Shown here: piece by piece, positions 8,381 through 17,810 of the stretch
Position numbering within the stretch: the stretch's first letter is position 1
How the letters are laid out: each line of letters opens with the position of its first letter
NCBI GenBank assembly: GCA_965221775.1
Contig: CBDCSU010000006.1
Location: 1,216,001 to 1,280,000 of the forward strand
Source of the DNA: Candidatus Latescibacterota bacterium
Lineage (GTDB): Bacteria; Latescibacterota; UBA2968; UBA8231
Direction: 5' to 3'
DNA: 64,000 nucleotides
The notes under the pieces: generated by a model
Told to the model about the DNA's origin: nothing
The model's input: only the letters and a program-made list of their open reading frames with translations
Databases searched by the model: none
Program-made: the position numbers and the translations under genes

Positions 8381-10423
8381 ATGACCAGGAGACTCGGCAC
8401 CTTCCTGACTGTCACGCTCACGGCATCCAGTGCATGCCTCGCTCTCGGAGGCGCGAGCGAGCCGCAGGTGGCCACCGTCACCGGCGAGATCCGCAACCCG
8501 GTCTCGCGGGAACTCACCTTTACCTGCGAACTTCCGTCCGCCCTCGAAGAGTTCGACCAGCGCGTCGAGCTCGACAGTCTGGACCGCTTCGCCTTCGAGG
8601 TGCCTGTCGTCCACGGCACCGTGGTCAGCGGGCGCTACGTGGGCGGGGAGCCGAGGTGGAAGTGGGTCCAGTGGCTGGGGGGCTTCCTCTTCGGTCACGA
8701 TCCCCTCGCCTTCTTCGTCGAACCCGGCGACAGTCTGCACGTGGTCATGGACGAGGGCTTCTTCAGTCCCTCCATCTCCTTCAGTGGCGCCAACGCGGAC
8801 AACAGCCGCTTCATCGCCGAGTGGTACCCGGAGTTCTACTCCTTCCGCCTCGACTACGAGGAGCTGGAGGTGGAAGAGTTCAGGCACCTGACAGACCAGC
8901 GGCGGCAGGACCAGTTCGAGTTCTGGTCCGAGAGGGAAGACCAGTACGCCCTCTCTCCGGGTTTCGTCGACTATGCGACAGCCTACGTCAACTACGAGTG
9001 GGCCGAGGAGATGATCTCCTACCCGGAGAGATACCGGGCCGTCAACGGACGCTGGAACGAGGACATTCCCCCGGACTACTTCGACTTTCTCAAGGAGATC
9101 CCCCTGGTCGACGAGAAGGCCATGGGAATACGCGACTATCGCTGGTTCCTCGATCGCACGCTGTACTGGGAAACGAACGAGGGCTTCAAACACAAATACC
9201 CCAGGCTGTCCGATCTCTACGATCTGTCTCCACTGGGCCTTTCGGACTCGGTTCAGACCCGACTCGACTCCTTGTACAAGAGGGACGGGCTGCGACCTGC
9301 CCTGTCGAAGATGGTCGATCTCTCGGCCCTGGGTCTTCCCGATCCGGCCCGGGCCCGACTCGATTCCCTATACGACAGGGAAGGCCGGTACCTGGAGCTC
9401 TCCGAGCAATTCGATCTGGTGAGCCTGGGGGTGTCGGCTGCAGATCAGGCGCACCTCGATTCCCTCTTCAAGAAGGGTGGATTCTCCTTTTCCTCTTCAA
9501 GTGAGGCAGAGGCACCGAGAGTGGACACGACGGGAGGAGAGATCATGTTCCACCTGCCTCTCGAAGTGCCGATCGACTCCCTGCGGAAAGAGCCGCCCAG
9601 GCTGTCCGAGAAGATCGATCTCTCGGCCCTGGGGCTGTCAGGAGTCGCCCAGACCGAACTCGATTCCCTGTACGAGCATCGCGGACGAGTCCCGCTGTCA
9701 GAGAAGGTCGATCTGTCAGGCCTGGGGTTGTCGGCGGCAACCCGGACCCGACTCGACTCGCTCTATGCCGATACGGAATCGCAGACCTGGATGCAGCCCT
9801 GGAGGCAATACGATCTGGCCAAGGAGAGACTGGAAGGGAGAGTGCTCTACTGGTATCTGGCCCACCAGTTGATCGACGGGTTCGAGCGCGGCGAGAACTT
9901 TGCGATCGCTCAGAGAAGATGGGGAGAGTACCAGGCGGCCAATCCCTACCCGGAATATGCAGAGGCCGTCCAGGCGGCCCTGGAAAAGGCCCTGAAGCTG
10001 CAACCCGGACAGCAAGCCCCCGAATTCACCCTCCACGACCTCGACGGCCAACCGGTGTCGCTGAGCCAGTTCATGGGGCAGGTGGTTCTGCTCGACTTCT
10101 GGGCCAGCTGGTGCGGGCCGTGTATCGCCAACCTGCCCGATCTCCGCAGACTCAAGAAGGAGACGGCCGAGCTGCCGGTCGTCTTCCTCAACCTGTCGCT
10201 GGACAGGGATGAGGCCGCGTGGCGAGAGGCGATTGACAAACACCAGATTAGAGGCGTCCACGTGCGCGCGGAAGGGGGCTGGGATGCGGACGTGGCCGAC
10301 TCCTACCAGGTAAGGGCCATACCCTCGTATTACCTGGTGGACTCACAAGGGGTGATCGTGGAGCGTCTGTCCGGGGTACGGGATACGGACGGAATCGTAG
10401 CGACGATCGAGAACAGCTTGTGA
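8381..10423 (+). CDS. secreted TlpA-family thiol:disulfide oxidoreductase with internal helical repeats
   Basis: RBS AAGGAG, signal peptide, C-terminal 'APEFTLHDLDG...LLDFWASWCGPC...AIPSYYLVD'. Confidence 0.9.
   Translation: MTRRLGTFLTVTLTASSACLALGGASEPQVATVTGEIRNPVSRELTFTCELPSALEEFDQRVELDSLDRFAFEVPVVHGTVVSGRYVGGEPRWKWVQWLGGFLFGHDPLAFFVEPGDSLHVVMDEGFFSPSISFSGANADNSRFIAEWYPEFYSFRLDYEELEVEEFRHLTDQRRQDQFEFWSEREDQYALSPGFVDYATAYVNYEWAEEMISYPERYRAVNGRWNEDIPPDYFDFLKEIPLVDEKAMGIRDYRWFLDRTLYWETNEGFKHKYPRLSDLYDLSPLGLSDSVQTRLDSLYKRDGLRPALSKMVDLSALGLPDPARARLDSLYDREGRYLELSEQFDLVSLGVSAADQAHLDSLFKKGGFSFSSSSEAEAPRVDTTGGEIMFHLPLEVPIDSLRKEPPRLSEKIDLSALGLSGVAQTELDSLYEHRGRVPLSEKVDLSGLGLSAATRTRLDSLYADTESQTWMQPWRQYDLAKERLEGRVLYWYLAHQLIDGFERGENFAIAQRRWGEYQAANPYPEYAEAVQAALEKALKLQPGQQAPEFTLHDLDGQPVSLSQFMGQVVLLDFWASWCGPCIANLPDLRRLKKETAELPVVFLNLSLDRDEAAWREAIDKHQIRGVHVRAEGGWDADVADSYQVRAIPSYYLVDSQGVIVERLSGVRDTDGIVATIENSL
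9203..9770 (+). repeat. five imperfect ~31-32-aa intragenic repeats (LS..vDLSaLGLs...q.rLDSLY)
   Basis: LSDLYDLSPLGLSDSVQTRLDSLY; LSKMVDLSALGLPDPARARLDSLY; LSEQFDLVSLGVSAADQAHLDSLF; LSEKIDLSALGLSGVAQTELDSLY; LSEKVDLSGLGLSAATRTRLDSLY. Confidence 0.9.
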
Positions 10424-11445
10424 GCATGTTCCGCGAGGTCGAGCTGTTCACCTCGGGCTCCGGCGGATACCACACCTACCGCATCCCGGCCCTGGTCTCC
10501 ACCGCCTCGGGCACGCTCCTCGCCTTCTGCGAAGGCCGCCGCGACGACCCCGACGACTTCGGCAAGATCGACATCCTCCTCCGGCGCAGCGCCGACGCCG
10601 GCGCCACCTGGGACGAGCAACGCCTCGTCCACGGCGAGGGCGAGGAGACGATCGGCAACCCCTCTCCCGTCGTCGACTCCGAGACCGGCGCCGTATGGCT
10701 GGCCTTCTGCCGCAACCAGGACCGCGTCTTCCTCACCCGGAGCGGCGACGACGGCCTCACCTGGTCCTGCCCGGAAGAGATCACCACCCGGGGCGCCAAG
10801 GCTCCCCACTGGCACTGGTACGCCACCGGGCCGGGCCACGGGATCCAGCTGACCACCGGCCGCCTGCTCATACCCTGCGACCACCGCGTCGCCCCGCGCC
10901 CACAGGCCCCGTACTCCTGCTCCCACGCCCTCTACAGCGACGACCACGGCCGCACCTGGCGCCACGGCGAGGACCTCGGTTACGGCAGCAACGAATGCCA
11001 GGCCGTCGAGACCCGGGACGGCCGGGTCTGCATGACCACCCGCAACCCCGTGGCCGGCGGCCGCACCGAGGCCTGGAGCACCGACGGGGGCCACACTTGG
11101 TCCGACCTCGCCGTCCGCCGCGACCTGCCCGACCCCGTCTGCCAGGCCAGCATCCTCCGGCTCACCGACGCGGCCGGCGGCGGCCGCAACCGGATCCTGT
11201 TCTCCAACGCCGCCAGCGCCGCCCGGGACCACATGACCGTGCGGCTGAGCTACGACGAGTGCCGGACCTGGGAGGTCTCCCGATGCCTGTACCCGGGCCC
11301 CTCCGCCTACTCCGATCTCGCCGTCGCCGCGGACAAGACGATCTGCTGCCTCTACGAGCGGGGCGTCGAGGAATACCGCGAGAGCATCCGCCTGGCCCGG
11401 TTCGATCTCGAATGGCTCACCGACGGCGCCGACTCGCTCGGCTGA
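10420..11445 (+). CDS. sialidase family (GH33/BNR) protein
   Basis: YRIP motif and five Asp boxes (SADAGATW, SGDDGLTW, SDDHGRTW, STDGGHTW, SYDECRTW). Confidence 0.9.
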   Translation: MSMFREVELFTSGSGGYHTYRIPALVSTASGTLLAFCEGRRDDPDDFGKIDILLRRSADAGATWDEQRLVHGEGEETIGNPSPVVDSETGAVWLAFCRNQDRVFLTRSGDDGLTWSCPEEITTRGAKAPHWHWYATGPGHGIQLTTGRLLIPCDHRVAPRPQAPYSCSHALYSDDHGRTWRHGEDLGYGSNECQAVETRDGRVCMTTRNPVAGGRTEAWSTDGGHTWSDLAVRRDLPDPVCQASILRLTDAAGGGRNRILFSNAASAARDHMTVRLSYDECRTWEVSRCLYPGPSAYSDLAVAADKTICCLYERGVEEYRESIRLARFDLEWLTDGADSLG

Positions 11446-11489
11446 GGCGGTGGCCAGCGCCGTGACTCTCTCTCCAACAGGAGGAACCG

Positions 11490-12227
11490 ATGAACAGACG
11501 CAGTAACTCTCTCCGGGTGCTCGGCCCATTGCTGATCCCGGCGCTTGCGGCCTGTGACGTCAGTATCGGCTCGGAGGTGATCTCGGCCGAGACAGGGGAC
11601 AGGACCATCCAGGTAACCGGGAGCGGTTCGGTTGCCGGCGAGCCCGATCTGGCAGCGCTCGATCTCGGTGTCTCTGTCGAGGGCGAGACCGTGGCGGAAG
11701 CCCGCGAAGCCGCTGCCGGAGCGATGACCGCGGTACTCAACTCCCTGCGGGGGAACGATGTCGCCGAGGAGGACATGCAGACCGGGAATCTGGGCATCCA
11801 TCCTCAATACGACTATGGCGAGGGGCAACGCACCCTCCGCGGGTACGTGGTGAACAACACCGTCCGCGTGAAGGTCCGGAGACTGGAGAGCCTCGGCGAG
11901 GTCATCGATGACGCCGCCGAGGCAGGAGGAAACAGCATCGTCATCAACTCGATTCGGTTCCTGATCGAGGACACCACGCCCCTGCAGACCCAGGCCCGCA
12001 GGCTGGCGGTGAAGGATGCCGAGGAGAAGGCGAGGACCTTGGCGGAAACCAGCGGCGCAAGCCTGGGGGAACCGCTCTCCATCACGGAGAGCACCTATCT
12101 GCAGGGACCGCCGAGCCCCTTCCAGGGCGAGGAAGCCTTCGCCGATGCAGCCCGCACGTCCACGCCCGTTCTCCCGGGGGAACTCACGGTCACCGTGGCC
12201 GTCACCGTGGTCTACCAGATCGAGTGA
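11490..12227 (+). CDS. SIMPL-domain (DUF541) lipoprotein
   Basis: RBS AGGAGG, lipobox LAAC, 'TIQVTGSGSVAGEPDLA', 'AVKDAEEKARTLA', 'PGELTVTVAVTVVY'. Confidence 0.9.
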   Translation: MNRRSNSLRVLGPLLIPALAACDVSIGSEVISAETGDRTIQVTGSGSVAGEPDLAALDLGVSVEGETVAEAREAAAGAMTAVLNSLRGNDVAEEDMQTGNLGIHPQYDYGEGQRTLRGYVVNNTVRVKVRRLESLGEVIDDAAEAGGNSIVINSIRFLIEDTTPLQTQARRLAVKDAEEKARTLAETSGASLGEPLSITESTYLQGPPSPFQGEEAFADAARTSTPVLPGELTVTVAVTVVYQIE

Positions 12228-12243
12228 GGCCCGGCGGCGAGCC

Positions 12244-14943
12244 ATGAACCGGACCCTGGCAGCGGCGGCGTTGTTGATGGCGGCACCCGCGTGGGCCCAG
12301 GAGAACGTGGCCCTCGGGGCGAGCTACACCCTCGACCCGCCGCCGAACTACGCGCACAGCACCGACGCCGGCGACGGTGTGCAACTGACGGACGGGGTCT
12401 ACACGGAGGGTTACTTCTGGACGCAGTTGTCGACGGTGGGCTGGCAGGAGAAGAAGCCCGTGATCGTGACGATCGACCTGGGCGCGGTGAGGCCCATACG
12501 GGGGGTCTCCTTCAGCACGGCGGGGGGATCCGCGGACGTGAGGTGGCCGCTGGCGATCGGCATCTTCACGGCGGGAGAGGACCGGCTCTTCCACGAGATC
12601 GGGGACCTGGTGGAGTTGAGCGCGGAACACGGCTCCCCTTCCGCGTCGGAGTACGGGACCCATCGATACTGGACGGATGAGTTGCGCACCCACGGCCGTC
12701 ATGTCGGTCTGGTCGTGTGGAACGAGCCCTTCACCTTCGTCGACGAGATCGAGGTCTACGCGGGCGAGGCGGAGTGGGTCGACGAGCCGCTGCCGGGGCC
12801 GGGGATCGCCGACCTGAAGGCGCACGCGGGCCGGCTCGCCATCCAGGCGGGGATCCGGACCCGCATCTCGCGGGACATGCAGGCCCTGAGGCGGGCGGCG
12901 GAAGAAGAGGGTGTCCCGGCGCAGACGCGGGGCGAGGTGCTGGACGAGCTGGCCGCCGTGGAGGCGGAACTGGCCGAGGCGGGCGCCGCCTTCGGAGACG
13001 ACTTTCGGGCGGTGCTGCCCCTGAATCCGTGGCACGAGCGCGTGCTGCGCGCGCAGGCTCGGCTGTGGCGCGCCCGGGGGCTGCAGCCGCTCACCTTCTG
13101 GCGCTCGAACCTGTGGGATCCGCTGCCCCTCATCGGAACGCCGGACACGGCCGCGGGACCGGCCCTCGAGGTCCACCTGATGCGCAAGGAGCACCGAGCG
13201 GCCGCATTCAATGTGAGCAACAGCGGCGACGAGCCGGTGCAGGTGGCCTTCCGCCTGAGCGGGTTTCCGGGGGGCGACAACCCGGGGTACGTGACCGTCC
13301 ACGAGGTGGCCTGGACGGACACGCGCACCGGGGTGCCGGTGGCCGCGGCCCTGCCCGAGGTCGCTGCCGAGGACGGTCGGTACGCGGTCTCCGTGCCCTC
13401 GGGCATGACCCGGCAGGTGTGGCTCACCTTCCATCCCGTGGACGCGGCGCCGGGGATCCACGAGGGCGAGGTGATCGTGGAGTCCGGCGGGGGCGCGCGG
13501 TTCCCGCTGCGAATGCACCTCTATCCCCTCGACTTCCCGGAAGAGCCGTCCCTGCACCTGGGCGGATGGGACTACACGGACCAGGTCGGCCATCACCGCC
13601 TGGTGACGGACCGGAACCGCCCGGCGCTGATCCGGCATCTCCGCGAGCACCTCGTCGACTCGCCGTGGGGTCTGCCGTGGGCGCTGCCGCGGGGCACGCA
13701 CGATGCGCAGGGGGCTATGACGGCGCCGCCCGACACGGACCACTTCGATGCCTGGCTCGAGCTGTGGCCGGGCGCGTCCCGGTACCTCGTCTTCGCGAAG
13801 GTGGGCACTCACTTCGAGTCGTGGGAGATGGGCACGCCGGAGTTCGCGACGGCGGTGAAGGCGTGGGTCACGTTCTGGGCGGGACAGATGGAGGCGAAGG
13901 GCCTGCAGCCGGAACAGCTGGCGCTGCTGCTGGTGGACGAGCCCCGCGAGCCGGCCCATGACGAGCGCATCCTGGCGTGGGCGAAGGCGATCCGCGAGGC
14001 GGGCACGGGGGTCCGCGTCTGGGAGAACCCGAACCACCGCGACATGAGCCAGGCGAACCAGGAGATGATCGATGCGTGCCACGTCCTGTGCCCCCACCGA
14101 CAGATCTTCCTGGAGGCGGGCCAGGACTACCGCGACTACTACGTGGAGAAGCGCGAGCAGGGGATCGAGCTGGAGTTCTACTCGGCGTGGGCGACGCGTC
14201 TCTTCGATCCGTACGCCGGCCGGCTGACGGCGTGGACGAGCTGGCGCTACGGGGCGACGGGGATGCACTTCTGGTCGATGGGCGACACCGGCGGCGAGTC
14301 CTCGTGGAACGAGTACGCGGCCTCGAAGGACGGGTACGCGCCCCTGTTCCTCGACGAGCACTCGGTGACGGCCGGCAAGCAGCTCGAAGCGGTGCGCGAA
14401 GGGGTGGAGGACTACGAGTACTTCGCCATGCTGGACCGGGAGATCCGCAAGGCAGCGGAGCAGGGGGTGACGGGTCCGGAGGCGGAGGAGGCGCGCCGGC
14501 TGCTGGAGAGGCTGCCGGTGACCGTTCTGGAGGCGGCGGGCCGGGAGACCCACTGGCTGAGCGGGATCGACCGCACCCTGGCCGACGAGGCGCGGATCCA
14601 GGTGCTGGAGGCGTTGACCGAGCTGACGGCCCTCACCGCCGTGGCGCAGCCGGCCTCCCGGCCCCACGAGTTCCGGTTGGAGCAGAACCACCCCAACCCC
14701 TTCAATCCCGAGACGATGATCGGGTTCTCTGTCCGCGGGCGGGGCGACGTCGAGCTCGCGATCTACAACCTCGCCGGGCAGAGGGCCCGGACCCTGCTGA
14801 GCGCGGTCCTCGAGGCGGGGAAGCACTCGGCCCGGTGGGACGGCCGCGACGACCACGGACGCAAGCTGGCCAGCGGCGTGTATGTCTACAGGCTGCGGGC
14901 AGGGGAGCAGGTCGATACGCGCAGGCTGCTGCTGCTCAAGTAG
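12244..14943 (+). CDS. large secreted protein: discoidin-like N-terminus, DUF4091/GH123-like core, FlgD-Ig/T9SS-like C-terminal domain
   Basis: Signal peptide ending AWA-Q; 'LEAVREGVEDYEYF'; C-terminal 'LEQNHPNPFNPET...WDGRDDHGRKLASGVYVYRL...TRRLLLLK'. Confidence 0.75.
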   Translation: MNRTLAAAALLMAAPAWAQENVALGASYTLDPPPNYAHSTDAGDGVQLTDGVYTEGYFWTQLSTVGWQEKKPVIVTIDLGAVRPIRGVSFSTAGGSADVRWPLAIGIFTAGEDRLFHEIGDLVELSAEHGSPSASEYGTHRYWTDELRTHGRHVGLVVWNEPFTFVDEIEVYAGEAEWVDEPLPGPGIADLKAHAGRLAIQAGIRTRISRDMQALRRAAEEEGVPAQTRGEVLDELAAVEAELAEAGAAFGDDFRAVLPLNPWHERVLRAQARLWRARGLQPLTFWRSNLWDPLPLIGTPDTAAGPALEVHLMRKEHRAAAFNVSNSGDEPVQVAFRLSGFPGGDNPGYVTVHEVAWTDTRTGVPVAAALPEVAAEDGRYAVSVPSGMTRQVWLTFHPVDAAPGIHEGEVIVESGGGARFPLRMHLYPLDFPEEPSLHLGGWDYTDQVGHHRLVTDRNRPALIRHLREHLVDSPWGLPWALPRGTHDAQGAMTAPPDTDHFDAWLELWPGASRYLVFAKVGTHFESWEMGTPEFATAVKAWVTFWAGQMEAKGLQPEQLALLLVDEPREPAHDERILAWAKAIREAGTGVRVWENPNHRDMSQANQEMIDACHVLCPHRQIFLEAGQDYRDYYVEKREQGIELEFYSAWATRLFDPYAGRLTAWTSWRYGATGMHFWSMGDTGGESSWNEYAASKDGYAPLFLDEHSVTAGKQLEAVREGVEDYEYFAMLDREIRKAAEQGVTGPEAEEARRLLERLPVTVLEAAGRETHWLSGIDRTLADEARIQVLEALTELTALTAVAQPASRPHEFRLEQNHPNPFNPETMIGFSVRGRGDVELAIYNLAGQRARTLLSAVLEAGKHSARWDGRDDHGRKLASGVYVYRLRAGEQVDTRRLLLLK

Positions 14944-14963
14944 GACATCCGACAAGGAGATCC

Positions 14964-17795
14964 ATGCGCACCACGAGAGTGCTGACAGCCGTCGGCCTGG
15001 CGGCGCTGATCGCCGGCCCGGCCTTCGCGCAGCAGAGCCCCCCGGGGCTGGACTGGCGGCGGATCCGGACCGAGCGGTTCAACGTCATCTTCCCCGCCCG
15101 GATCACCGCCGATGCCCAACGCGTGGCCAACACGCTCGAGCACATCTACGGCCCGGTCTCGAAGACGCTGAAAGGTCCGGAGAAGCCGGTGGATGTGGTG
15201 CTGATGAACCAGGTGGCCGAGGCCAACGGCTTCGTCGCCATGGCGCCCCGCCGCACCGTGTGGTTCAGCACCCCGCCCCAGGGCACGGGGCTCAGCGGCG
15301 AGTGGTACCAGTTGCTGGCCGTCCACGAGATGCGCCACGTGGTCCAGAACGACCGCCTGCGCCGGGGCTTCATCCGCCTGGCGTGGCTCCTCTCCGGAGA
15401 GTTCGGCCAGAGCGCGATGAGCCACCTGCTGGTGCCGTCGTGGTTCTGGGAGGGCGATGCCGTGGGGATCGAGACGGCCCTGAGCACGACCGGGCGCGGG
15501 CGCATGCCGCGGTTCGATCTGGACATCCGGGCCCTGCTCCTCGACGGACGGCGCTACTCCTACTACAAGGCCCTCCACCGCTCGTACCGCGACTGGTATC
15601 CCAGTCACTACCCCTTGGGGTACTTCCTGACGACCTACGTCCGGCGCCACCACGGCGCCGGGACGTGGGACCGGGTTCTGGGACGCACCGCCTGGTGGGG
15701 GTTCCACCCCTTCTCCTTCAGCCGCGCCCTGAGGAAGCACACCGGCGCCAGCGCCGCCGGCACCTACGAGCGCGCCATGGACGAGCTGACCGGCTTGTGG
15801 CAGGCGCAGCAGGAGGGCCTGGTGACGACGCCCCTGCGGGTGCTGCCCGGTCAGAGCCAGTCGGACATCTGGACCAACTACTCGTACCCGCACCCGCTGC
15901 CGGACGGCAGTGTCCTGGCGAGCAAGGTCGGACTCGCCGACCCGCCGACCCTGGTGAGGCTCCACCCCGACGGCCGCCAGGAGCGCCTGCGCCAGTACAG
16001 TTCCCTCGGCGGCTTTCGCGTCGGCGGCGGCATCGCCGCCTGGAACCGCCGCACCCCGGACCCGCGCTGGGGCTTCCGCAGCTACTCGGACATCATGGTC
16101 CTGGAGATCGACAGCGGCCGCGCGCGCCAGCTCACCCGCAAGGCCCGGCTCTTCGCCCCGGCTCCCTCTCCCGATGGCGCCCGCATTGCCGCCGTCGAGT
16201 TCGGGCCGGACCGGCGCTGCCACCTCGTGCTGCTGGAGACCGCCACGGGCGCCGAGCAGGCCCGGTTCCCGGCCCCCGACGGGGTTTTCTGGCGCAGACC
16301 GGCGTGGTCGGAGGACGGCCGCCATATCGCCGTGGTGCGCCAGGACGAGGCCGGCAACACCCTCGAGCGCATCGACGCCGCCGACGGCCGGGGGGAGATC
16401 GTGCTGCCCCATACCCACGACGTCATCGGCTGGCCGGTCTTCCGGGGTCCCTACCTGCTCTTCGACTCCCCCCGGTCGGGGATCGACAACATCCACGCCG
16501 TCCACCTGGCGAGCGGGGCCCGCTACCGGGTGACCTCCCGCCCCCTGGCGGCGACCCGTGCGGCCGTCGCCGGAGACTCCCTCCTGTTCCAGGAGTACAC
16601 CGTCGACGGCTACCGCATCGCGGCCATGGCCCTGGACCCCGCGGCCTGGACGCCGGCCGAGCAGGTCGAGGACCGCAAGGTGCGCTACTTCGAGCCGCTC
16701 ATCGACCAGGAGCACGGCGGTCCCCTGTCGATGGACATCCCGCCGCGGTCCTGGCCGGTGAGCGACTATCGGCCCCTGGCGAATCTGCTCAAAGTCCACA
16801 GCTGGTCCTTCAGTACCCTGTCGCCGCTCCACTCCCTCACCCTCATTTCCCGCGATCTCCTCGATCTCAGCAGTATGAGCGGCGGCGTCGAGTACAACAG
16901 CAACGAGAGCGCCTTCAGTGCCCTGGGCGGCCTCCGCCTGGCGGCGTGGTATCCGGTGCTCAGCGTCGGCGGCCGCTGGGGCGAGCGCGCCTCGGAGTAC
17001 GAGATCGACGGGGAGAAGACCAGCGACAAGTGGACCGAGAAGAGCCTGCTGCTCGGGGCCCAACTGCCCCTGGACTTCTCCCGCGGCCCCTGGAGGTCTT
17101 TCGTCCAGATGGGCGCAGGGGTGGAGTGGACGGATATCTCCGGCCAGGCGATCGAGCTGTATCCACCCGACGCGGACGGCCTGTGGGACGGGAACGGGAA
17201 CGGACGCTTCGCGCCCCTGACGTACCGGCTAACCCTCGGGCGGTTGCGCCAGCCGGCGTCTCGCGACCTGGCCCCGCTCTGGGGTCAGAGACTGCAGCTG
17301 GCCCTGCGCCACACGCCCCTGGCCGGCGACTACGACGGCACCCTGCTGTCGGGGCGGCTGGTATTTCGCTTCCCCGGTCTGGCCGCCCACCACAGCCTGC
17401 GCCTCGACGGCGGCTACGAGTGGCAGGACCCCTCCGCGGACGACGCCCTTCCCTACCGCTTTGCCAGCGAGCTGCCCTTCGTCCGCGGCTACGGCTACCG
17501 CTTCCACCGCCGGTTCCTGCAAGGGGGCGCCAACTATGCCCTGCCGCTGCTCTACCCCGACTGGAACCTGGGCGCGCTGGTCTACGTCAAGCGCCTCAAG
17601 GTCAACCTCTTCTACGACTACGGCCGCGGCGAGGACGACTCCCTGCCTGCCAGGGTCTACCAGTCGGCCGGCGGCGAGCTGACGGCGGACTTCCATCCCT
17701 TCTCGCTGCCGATCCCGCTGGACATGGGCGTGCGCTGCGCCTACCGCTTCGAAGAGGGAGATTCGCGCTGTGAAGCAGTGGTCAATTTGCAATAG
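14964..17795 (+). CDS. outer-membrane protein: N-terminal gluzincin-type Zn peptidase, TolB-like beta-propeller, C-terminal beta-barrel
   Basis: RBS AAGGAG, signal peptide, HEMRH + 'WFWEGDA', PD40-like repeats (PAPSPDGARIA, PAWSEDGRHIA), alternating beta-strands at the C-terminus. Confidence 0.75.
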   Translation: MRTTRVLTAVGLAALIAGPAFAQQSPPGLDWRRIRTERFNVIFPARITADAQRVANTLEHIYGPVSKTLKGPEKPVDVVLMNQVAEANGFVAMAPRRTVWFSTPPQGTGLSGEWYQLLAVHEMRHVVQNDRLRRGFIRLAWLLSGEFGQSAMSHLLVPSWFWEGDAVGIETALSTTGRGRMPRFDLDIRALLLDGRRYSYYKALHRSYRDWYPSHYPLGYFLTTYVRRHHGAGTWDRVLGRTAWWGFHPFSFSRALRKHTGASAAGTYERAMDELTGLWQAQQEGLVTTPLRVLPGQSQSDIWTNYSYPHPLPDGSVLASKVGLADPPTLVRLHPDGRQERLRQYSSLGGFRVGGGIAAWNRRTPDPRWGFRSYSDIMVLEIDSGRARQLTRKARLFAPAPSPDGARIAAVEFGPDRRCHLVLLETATGAEQARFPAPDGVFWRRPAWSEDGRHIAVVRQDEAGNTLERIDAADGRGEIVLPHTHDVIGWPVFRGPYLLFDSPRSGIDNIHAVHLASGARYRVTSRPLAATRAAVAGDSLLFQEYTVDGYRIAAMALDPAAWTPAEQVEDRKVRYFEPLIDQEHGGPLSMDIPPRSWPVSDYRPLANLLKVHSWSFSTLSPLHSLTLISRDLLDLSSMSGGVEYNSNESAFSALGGLRLAAWYPVLSVGGRWGERASEYEIDGEKTSDKWTEKSLLLGAQLPLDFSRGPWRSFVQMGAGVEWTDISGQAIELYPPDADGLWDGNGNGRFAPLTYRLTLGRLRQPASRDLAPLWGQRLQLALRHTPLAGDYDGTLLSGRLVFRFPGLAAHHSLRLDGGYEWQDPSADDALPYRFASELPFVRGYGYRFHRRFLQGGANYALPLLYPDWNLGALVYVKRLKVNLFYDYGRGEDDSLPARVYQSAGGELTADFHPFSLPIPLDMGVRCAYRFEEGDSRCEAVVNLQ
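17262..17328 (+). repeat. degenerate direct repeat, copy 1 (inside the OMP gene); copy 2 at 18950-19015
   Basis: cgcgacctggccccgctctggggtcagagactgcagctggccctgcgccacacgcccctggccggcg. Confidence 0.8.
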
Positions 17796-17810
17796 CCTGG
17801 GGAATAACCC

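Noticed and set aside
4482-9193. Very long antisense or alternate-frame ORFs (e.g. 4482-6947, 6947-9193; likewise 12202-14955, 21804-24548, 24776-28045)
   Set aside because: Shadow ORFs of high-GC coding strands; no motifs, and they overlap well-supported genes.
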